This document shows positions 18,758 to 25,478 of a DNA stretch of 25,478 nt, piece by piece. Source of the stretch: Phycisphaerales bacterium. Its GTDB lineage: Bacteria > Planctomycetota > Phycisphaerae > Phycisphaerales > UBA1924. The notes beneath the pieces are model-generated. The model ran no database searches and was not told where the DNA came from. It worked only from the letters and a program-made list of their open reading frames with translations. Both the position numbers and the translations under genes were made by a program. Where the stretch lies: the NCBI GenBank assembly GCA_020054055.1, contig JAGVLZ010000241.1, forward strand, positions 1-25,478, written 5' to 3'. Position 1 is the first letter of the stretch, and every line of letters begins with the position of its first letter.

Positions 18758-20020
18758 TCAGACGTAGTTCTTGTGCGACAGGCCCTCGGGCAGCCTCGGG
18801 TCCTTCAGCGGGATCAACGGCCCGGAACCGACCTTCCGAACCAGGACCCCCACAAACACCAGCACCGGCCCAAGCACCGCGACAATATCCATCACGTTCG
18901 GCCCGAGGACCGTCGGGTCGCCTTCGACCTGCGCCTCGGGGCGGATCGCCCAATAAAGATCGAAGAGATGCATCGCGATCAGCCACAGGCTCACCAGCGC
19001 CACCGCTTTCCGGCTCCGACGCATCGGCCGGGGCAAAAGCAGCAGGAAGGGGACGATGAAGTGCCCGATCGGGAGCAGCCACGAGAGCCACTCCCACGGG
19101 CCGACCTTGCGCTTGAGCATCCACGCCGTCTCCTCCGGGATGTTCGCGTACCAGATCAGGAAATACTGGCTGAACGAGATGTACGCCCAGAAGACCGTGA
19201 AGGCGAAGATCAGTTTCGCGAGGTCGTGCAGGTGCTCATCGGTGAACGCGCCGTGCAGCCGGCCGAACGCGCGGAGCGTGATGAGCACCAGCGCGCCCAG
19301 CGAAAGCATCGACACCATGCTCCCGGCGAAGAAGTAGACGCCGAACATCGTGCTGAACCAGTGATAGTCCAGCGTCATCATCCAGTCGAAGGAGGCGAAG
19401 GCCGACGTGAACGCGAAGAGCAGCAGGCCGGGGGCCGAGACCGTGCGGGCCCACGCCGTGCGCCACTTGTCGCCGTCGGAGTCCTGCGACACCGAAGCAT
19501 CCCAGAGCATCCGCGAGAGAATGAACCAGATGATGAAGTACGCGATGCATCGCACCGCGAAGAAGGGGACATTCAGGTATCCCTTCTTGTGCTCGTACAA
19601 CTGGTCGCCCGCGGTGTGCGCCGCGTTCATCCAGTCCCAGATGTAGACGTGCCGGCCCGTCATCAGGTACTGGAAGACAAGGTCGACGACGAAGAGCAAC
19701 CCCCCCACCCACATCAGGCTCATGATGTTCTCGAACTGACGGCGGATCGTCGCCGACCATCCCGCGTTCGTCTGCTGGAGGATCATCACGAAGCCCATCG
19801 CCGCGACGGAGAAACCGATCACCGCCATCACCCCCGTGTGATACGCGTGCGCCGCCATCGCGGCCATCGCCGGCCCGCCCGAGAACGCCGCGACGATCGT
19901 TGCCCCGATCCCCACCGCGCCGACGCCGATCAGAAAACTCGAAAGGCCGCGGCCGGCCCCCTCCGACAACTCGACGTTATCGCGGGCCATCACCTGACTC
20001 ACATCGATCGCGTGGCTCAC
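18758..20020 (-). CDS. actF: Alternative Complex III subunit F (NrfD-like quinol:cytochrome c oxidoreductase membrane subunit 2)
   Basis: GWS..IRR.FE, KKGYLNVPFF, FDWMMTLDYHWFSTMFGVY, HLHDLAKLIFAFTVFWAYISFSQYFLIWYANIPEET. Confidence 0.93.
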   Translation of the reverse strand: MSHAIDVSQVMARDNVELSEGAGRGLSSFLIGVGAVGIGATIVAAFSGGPAMAAMAAHAYHTGVMAVIGFSVAAMGFVMILQQTNAGWSATIRRQFENIMSLMWVGGLLFVVDLVFQYLMTGRHVYIWDWMNAAHTAGDQLYEHKKGYLNVPFFAVRCIAYFIIWFILSRMLWDASVSQDSDGDKWRTAWARTVSAPGLLLFAFTSAFASFDWMMTLDYHWFSTMFGVYFFAGSMVSMLSLGALVLITLRAFGRLHGAFTDEHLHDLAKLIFAFTVFWAYISFSQYFLIWYANIPEETAWMLKRKVGPWEWLSWLLPIGHFIVPFLLLLPRPMRRSRKAVALVSLWLIAMHLFDLYWAIRPEAQVEGDPTVLGPNVMDIVAVLGPVLVFVGVLVRKVGSGPLIPLKDPRLPEGLSHKNYV

Positions 20021-20922
20021 GAGACGCCCCCTTTCCCGCTCACCGAACCCGTCGAAGCCCGAGGCGTGGCGCTGCGACGTTTCTCGAGTTCGATCCGTTC
20101 ACGCTCCGGCACCGATTGCAGCGGCGAACCCTGCTGCTTCTGCAACGCACGAACGTACTCGACGATCGCCCACGACTCGCGCTCGCTCACCTTCGTCGCG
20201 TACGACGGCATCTTCAACGGATAGGGCACGCTCTCGCCCACGTTGGGCACGCCGTGGCGGATCGTGAAGAAGAAGAACCCGTCGGCCCCCTTCTCCCCGC
20301 CCCGGTAGTACTGCTCCGCGTGCCACGTCGGCAACGGGTACGACCACCGAGTGCCGACCGTCCCTTTGCCGTCGCCCAGCGCGCCGTGGCAGACCACGCA
20401 GTAGATATTGAACTTCTTCTCGCCCAACGCCATGAAGTCCGAGTAGGCGGCGCCGAACGCCGCGTCGGCGCGCTTGACGCCAAGGAGCTCCTCGATGGGC
20501 GTGCGCTCGACGTACATCGAACGCTCGGCCCCGGCCGCGTCCATCACCGGCTTGCCCTCGGCGTCAAGCACCGTCTCCTTGCCGGTAAAGACATGCTCGT
20601 CCGCCTTCAGATACCCCTCACGCTCGGCGAAGTCGACGCCACCGAACTCATCGGTGAAAGGCTTGGCGCCGAAAGGCACCGTCCCGGCAACCGGCTCGCG
20701 CATGCTCCGCCCATCGGCGAAGAAGGTCGATCCGCTCTGCGCCTTGTACTTGGGCTGATCGTCGAGGTCGGGGAAGAACTGGCGCGGCCGATTGTCCGAG
20801 CGCTCGCCGCGGCAGCCACCCAGCGCGACCACACCGAGCACCAGAACAAACCATCCAACACTTCGCCCAAAGCGGCTCAGTGTCGGCGTCGCTCTGAGAT
20901 AATCCATGGGGAAGGTCATCAC
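20017..20922 (-). CDS. actE: ACIII monoheme cytochrome c lipoprotein
   Basis: Lipobox LGGC, FFPDLDDQPKYKAQ, R.PV.GTVP, FNIYCVVCHG (single CxxCH), MPSY, WAIVEYVRALQ. Confidence 0.9.
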   Translation of the reverse strand: MMTFPMDYLRATPTLSRFGRSVGWFVLVLGVVALGGCRGERSDNRPRQFFPDLDDQPKYKAQSGSTFFADGRSMREPVAGTVPFGAKPFTDEFGGVDFAEREGYLKADEHVFTGKETVLDAEGKPVMDAAGAERSMYVERTPIEELLGVKRADAAFGAAYSDFMALGEKKFNIYCVVCHGALGDGKGTVGTRWSYPLPTWHAEQYYRGGEKGADGFFFFTIRHGVPNVGESVPYPLKMPSYATKVSERESWAIVEYVRALQKQQGSPLQSVPERERIELEKRRSATPRASTGSVSGKGGVS

Positions 20923-21494
20923 GCTCCCTCCTCGACGCGGTCGATGTGCGTCCCGCCCAGCGACTCGAACATCCGCCGGACGCTCCCCTCGTCAAACTTC
21001 GGATCGTTCGATTCGATCGCCATCACAAACCGATCGTCGCTGACGCGAAGGAACCTCGGCTTGCCGAAGAGCGGATGATTCCACCGCGGCAGAAGGTTCA
21101 GCATCAGCATCCCGAAGAGCGCGCCGAACGCCGAGAAAAGCACCGACAACTCGAACAAGATCGGCGTCGCCTGTTCCCACGCGAAAAGCGGCTTGCCCGC
21201 CACCGCGATCGGGTAATCGACCTCACCCATCCACCACTGCATCAGCCACGCGGACGCGAACCCCGCGATGCACATGAACGCCATCACCATCGTGACCTTG
21301 CTGGGCTTCAGCCCCATCGCCTCGTCCATCCCGTGAACCGGGAACGGCGAATAGACATCCCACTTCGAGAACCCGGCCTGCTTCACATGCTCCGCCGCGC
21401 GCGAGAGCGCCGCGGGATCGTGAAACTCCGCCATCACTCCCCAAAGCGGGCCGCCCGAATCGGAACCATGCCGTGATCCGTGGTCGTGTGCCAT
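20919..21494 (-). CDS. actD: ACIII subunit D (DUF3341)
   Basis: GVMAEF, WDVYSPFPVHGMDEAMG, DYPIAVAGKP, FELSVL, DDRF. Confidence 0.93.
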   Translation of the reverse strand: MAHDHGSRHGSDSGGPLWGVMAEFHDPAALSRAAEHVKQAGFSKWDVYSPFPVHGMDEAMGLKPSKVTMVMAFMCIAGFASAWLMQWWMGEVDYPIAVAGKPLFAWEQATPILFELSVLFSAFGALFGMLMLNLLPRWNHPLFGKPRFLRVSDDRFVMAIESNDPKFDEGSVRRMFESLGGTHIDRVEEGA

Positions 21495-21497
21495 CGT

Positions 21498-23096
21498 TCA
21501 GTGCCCTCCCCCGTGCTTGGCGTGCGACCCGTGCGACCCGTGCCCCTTGTCGTATCCCGACCAGTGCGGGTTCGCCTGAGGCATGACGTTCTTCACCTCG
21601 CTCAGCGCCAGCATCGGCAGGAAGCGGCAGAAGAGCAGGAAGAGCGTCAGGAAGATCCCGAGGCTGCCGATGAACGTGAAGATGTCCACATACGTCGGGC
21701 TGAAGTAGCCCCACGAGGATGTCATGTAATCACCCGACAGCGTCGTGAGGATCACATACCGCTCGAACCACATGCCGATGTTCACCACGATCGAGATCAG
21801 GAAGATGAACGGGATATTCGTCCGCGCCCACTTGAACCAGAAGACCTGCGGCGAGACCACGTTGCACGTCACCATGATCCAATACGCCCACCAGTAGGGG
21901 CCGAAGGCCCGGCGGACGAATGCCTGGATCTCGAACGTGTTCCCGCCGTACCACGCGATGAAGAACTCCATCATGTACGCGAAGCCGACCATCGACCCGG
22001 TCACGGTGATGATCTTGCACATGTTCTCGACCGTCCGCGCGGTGACGAAGTCCTTCATCCCGGGGTAGAGCGCCCGCGCGGGGATCAGCAGCGTCAGCAC
22101 CATCGCGAAGCCGGAGAAAATCGCCCCCGCGACGAAGTAGGGCGGGAAGATCGTCGTGTGCCAGCCGGGAACGATCGACACCGCGAAGTCGAAAGACACG
22201 ACCGAGTGGACCGACAGCACCAGCGGCGTGCTGATCCCCGCGAGCATCAGGTACGCCTTCTCGTAGTTGTTCCAGTGCCGGGCGCTGAACCGCCAGCCGA
22301 CCGAGAGAAACCCATAGGCGTACGCCGCGATGGTGTTCAGCGGCAGCTCGATCCTGTTCGTGATCCGGTCGAGGAACCCCAGCCCCGGCAGCCCGAGCGG
22401 GCCAAGGCGGACCTTGACACCCATCCGATTGATCGCACGGTCGCGAAGCGTCGCGAGGTCGGGGATCATCCCCATGTACCAGAAAAGAAGCGAAACGGTG
22501 AAGTAGGTGCCGACCGCGAAAACGTCCCACAGGAGCGGGCTGCGGAAGTTCGGCCAGATCCAGTTCGCGTTCGGGATCGGGAAGAGCATCCACGCCATCC
22601 ACACCCGCCCGACGTGAATCCCCGGGAACGTGCCGGCGCAGATGACCGCGAAGATCGTCATCGCCTCGGCAAAGCGGTTGATGCTCGTGCGCCACTTCTG
22701 CTTCAGAAGGCACAAGATGGCGGAGATGAGCGTGCCCGCGTGACCGATACCGACCCACCAGACGAAGTTCGTGATGTCCCACGACCACATGACGGGGTTC
22801 ATCAGACCCCAGACGCCGACGCCCGTGATGATGAGGAAGACGATCATCACCGTGCCCAGACCGGCGATGCCGGACGCGACCGCAAAGGCCGGCATCCACC
22901 ACTTGGGGGTCGGGTTCTCCACCCAGCCGCAGATCGTGTTCGTCACGCTGTGGAAATCGCGGTTTCCCAAGACCAGGGGCGGTCGGAGCGCGGGATCGCT
23001 GACGAGGGTGCCGTCGAGCGTCTCCGGGTCGAACCCGTGGGTGCCGACGCGCGTCAGGCCGAGGGCCGTGGCTTGATCCGGTTGAAGCGTGGTCAT
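21498..23096 (-). CDS. actC: ACIII subunit C (NrfD/PsrC-like quinol-binding subunit)
   Basis: [90 protein letters not shown] 23096 overlaps the actB stop (ATGA). Confidence 0.96.
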   Translation of the reverse strand: MTTLQPDQATALGLTRVGTHGFDPETLDGTLVSDPALRPPLVLGNRDFHSVTNTICGWVENPTPKWWMPAFAVASGIAGLGTVMIVFLIITGVGVWGLMNPVMWSWDITNFVWWVGIGHAGTLISAILCLLKQKWRTSINRFAEAMTIFAVICAGTFPGIHVGRVWMAWMLFPIPNANWIWPNFRSPLLWDVFAVGTYFTVSLLFWYMGMIPDLATLRDRAINRMGVKVRLGPLGLPGLGFLDRITNRIELPLNTIAAYAYGFLSVGWRFSARHWNNYEKAYLMLAGISTPLVLSVHSVVSFDFAVSIVPGWHTTIFPPYFVAGAIFSGFAMVLTLLIPARALYPGMKDFVTARTVENMCKIITVTGSMVGFAYMMEFFIAWYGGNTFEIQAFVRRAFGPYWWAYWIMVTCNVVSPQVFWFKWARTNIPFIFLISIVVNIGMWFERYVILTTLSGDYMTSSWGYFSPTYVDIFTFIGSLGIFLTLFLLFCRFLPMLALSEVKNVMPQANPHWSGYDKGHGSHGSHAKHGGGH

Positions 23097-25478
23097 GCCG
23101 GCACCCCGCTCGCGACGCTGAGAATCGGCAGGCTCATCACATGCCCCTGGGCCTTGGTGTCGGTGTGCGCGCCGTGATGGAAGGGATGCTCCCACCGCGC
23201 CCGGCGCGCCGCGTCCGCGAGCGACGGGTTCGGGTTACGCAGCCGAACCATGTGCGTCGTCCGTGGCCGAGTGTTCAGGAACGAGAGCAACTGGTACGAG
23301 CGCCCGTCGTTCCTCTTCTGCTTCACCCGGCTGCCCTTGCCCTCGTTCGCATCATGGTCGTAGATATCGCCGAAGACGATCGAGTTGGTCGGGCACGCCT
23401 GCTCGCACGCCGTCTGCATGAACCCGTCCGGGATGTGCGAAAGGTCCGCCACCTTCGTCTCCACCCGCGCCATGTTCACGCGCTGGATGCAATAGGTGCA
23501 CTTCTCCATCATCCCGCGGCTGCGCACCGTGACGTGCGGGTTGTTCTGCATCGTCGCGACTTCGAGTTTCTTCTGACGCAGCCGCGGCGGAACGAAGTAC
23601 TCGCTCGGCGGCTGCATGATCTTCGGAAGACTCTCGATCGTCTCCTTGCCCGCGAAGTTGCCCCGGAACTGCTTGGTGCCGTAGTCGAAGAAGTTGAACC
23701 GCCGCACCTTGTAGGGGCAGTTGTTCGAGCAGTACCGCGTGCCGATGCAGCGGTTGTACGCCATGTCGTTCATGCCCTGCTCGTCGTGAACGGTCGCGTT
23801 CACCGGACACACCACCTCGCACGGGGCGTTCTCGCAGTGGACGCAGGTGACGGGCATCACCACCATGTCCGGGTCGCTGGTGATGTCCTTGTCGCCGCCG
23901 ACGCCGAGGGTGTTCTTCTCCACCTCGCTCGTCGCGGCCGTGCCGTAATAGCGGTCGACGCGCATCCAGTGCAGTTCGCGCCCCTTGGCCAGTTCCTTCT
24001 TGCCCACGATGGGGATGTTGTTCTCCGCCTGACACGCGACCGTGCACGCCCCGCAGCCGGAGCAGGTCGTCAGGTCGATCGACATCCCCCACTGCTGGAT
24101 GCGCTTGCCGTACTTGTTCGAGATCGGGACGATGTTGCCCTTTGCATCGACGAGGGGCTGGCCGTTCTCATCTTCCTCGGTGAACCGGAGCGACTGCGCC
24201 TGCTTCTGCTTGCGCTTGTAGATATCGACGTTCGCCGGCGTGTGCGACTCCATCCCCAGCCGCCCCGCGAAGTTCAGGTTCCGAGTTCGGTCGTACGGGT
24301 CCTTCTGGACCTCGTCGTTCCCCATGATGTCTTCATCGCCGAACCTCTGCCACGCGGGAAGGTCGATCTCGCGGAGGATGTCGCGCCCCTCCATCGTCCA
24401 GTGATCCTGCGTCGTCGCGACCAGGCAAGGCGCCTTGTCCGCCGCCGGCGCGACGGAGACGCCCGAGGCGATCCGCATCGCGCCGCTCGAACGCACGGGA
24501 TACGCATCGAAGCCCGTCCCCGCGCCGATCCGCCCGCAGACGCGCCGCCCATAACCGAGGTGTACCGCGACCGTCCCCTCCGCCATGCCGGGCTGAGGCC
24601 ACAGCGGCATGTCAACACTCTTTCCACCGTGCGTGATCGTCGCCATCACCGCATGGTTGTACTCGGGAGTCTTCGGATGACGCTCGACGGAGAATCCGAG
24701 CCGCTTCATCGTCGCCGGACTCGCGAGCGCCGGGTTGTCCCACGAGACCTTCGTCACCGCGTGGGGAAGTTCCTGCATCCACCCGTTGTTCGCCGCGCGA
24801 CCGTCGTGAACGTGCGGCGAAGCAAGGAACACCAACTCCACTCCATCATTCGCCTTCGCGGACTCGGCCAGCGATCCGACCGCGCTCGCGATCCCCTGCA
24901 TGTTCGCCGTCGGCATCGTCGCGGCCCCCGCCGCGGGCGAAAGCCCATCGTGCAGAATCCGCCGCCACTTGTTCTCAAATCCAACCATGCCGACCTTCGC
25001 ACGCAGCGTGTCCCGAACGATCGTGTAGGGGTCGGTGTCGTTCTCACCCGCGATCGTCGCCAGGAACTCCAGTTCACCCTTCGACGCGAACAGCGGCTGG
25101 ATCATCGGCTGGACAACGCCGAACGTCCCGTCCCACTCCGTCACATCCGACCACGATTCGAGGTAGTGCGAGCGCGTCAGGTGCATCGTCGATGCCATGG
25201 CCGTCTCGTCACCCGCGCCCAGATGAATGCGGTGCGCGACCTTCGCGTACTTCTCCGCGAAAATCAGGTCCGCCGGCGCGTCGTACACCGGGTTGCAGCC
25301 GATCACGACCAGCGTCGAGACGCGCCCCCCGTCGATATCCGAAACCAGCGAGGTGATCGACGCCGCGCTCGACTGCGCCGCATCGCCCGACACCGGCAGA
25401 TACCTCACGGTCTTCCCGATATTGCCGAGCACGCTGTTGAGCGCCGCCGCGAGCGCGTGTACCGCCGCCGGCTGCGTC
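23093..25478 (-). CDS. actB: ACIII subunit B (molybdopterin-oxidoreductase-like fold fused to Fe-S domain), 5' partial
   Basis: [16 protein letters not shown] and Fe-S motifs [42 protein letters not shown]...ACEQACP. The frame stays open to the window edge ([18 protein letters not shown]), so the start is upstream. Confidence 0.96.
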   Translation of the reverse strand, partial: TQPAAVHALAAALNSVLGNIGKTVRYLPVSGDAAQSSAASITSLVSDIDGGRVSTLVVIGCNPVYDAPADLIFAEKYAKVAHRIHLGAGDETAMASTMHLTRSHYLESWSDVTEWDGTFGVVQPMIQPLFASKGELEFLATIAGENDTDPYTIVRDTLRAKVGMVGFENKWRRILHDGLSPAAGAATMPTANMQGIASAVGSLAESAKANDGVELVFLASPHVHDGRAANNGWMQELPHAVTKVSWDNPALASPATMKRLGFSVERHPKTPEYNHAVMATITHGGKSVDMPLWPQPGMAEGTVAVHLGYGRRVCGRIGAGTGFDAYPVRSSGAMRIASGVSVAPAADKAPCLVATTQDHWTMEGRDILREIDLPAWQRFGDEDIMGNDEVQKDPYDRTRNLNFAGRLGMESHTPANVDIYKRKQKQAQSLRFTEEDENGQPLVDAKGNIVPISNKYGKRIQQWGMSIDLTTCSGCGACTVACQAENNIPIVGKKELAKGRELHWMRVDRYYGTAATSEVEKNTLGVGGDKDITSDPDMVVMPVTCVHCENAPCEVVCPVNATVHDEQGMNDMAYNRCIGTRYCSNNCPYKVRRFNFFDYGTKQFRGNFAGKETIESLPKIMQPPSEYFVPPRLRQKKLEVATMQNNPHVTVRSRGMMEKCTYCIQRVNMARVETKVADLSHIPDGFMQTACEQACPTNSIVFGDIYDHDANEGKGSRVKQKRNDGRSYQLLSFLNTRPRTTHMVRLRNPNPSLADAARRARWEHPFHHGAHTDTKAQGHVMSLPILSVASGVPA

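Overview
High-GC bacterial chromosomal window. It is probably Planctomycetota, possibly Phycisphaerae; this is inferred from a TIGR02999-like ECF sigma, a PurS-fused PurL and the repeat types. The right half (~12.2-25.5 kb, minus strand) is one tightly coupled respiratory operon: Alternative Complex III (actB partial, actC, actD, actE, actF, actG-like), a SCO protein, a caa3-type, A2-class cytochrome c oxidase (subunits II+cyt c, I, III, IV), then an unassigned two-TM membrane protein and an MFS transporter. The left half is mostly housekeeping: an RhlE-like DEAD-box helicase, a PrsW-family protease, purL, rnhA, thyX, two orphan Pro-rich membrane proteins and a lower-GC DUF4365-like nuclease gene. 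The most unusual signals are: (1) purL carries four separate in-frame insertions, each derived from a different short-repeat or palindrome family, and relatives of two of them occur intergenically in this window; (2) a collapsed ECF-sigma::WD40 chimeric remnant; (3) TAnnnT boxes 6-7 nt before three start codons, suggesting leaderless transcription; (4) His-rich tails and similar D-x-x-G hairpin insertions in several ACIII/oxidase subunits. I saw no rRNA, tRNA, CRISPR array, transposase or integrase. All family assignments come from motif recognition by eye, with no database searches.
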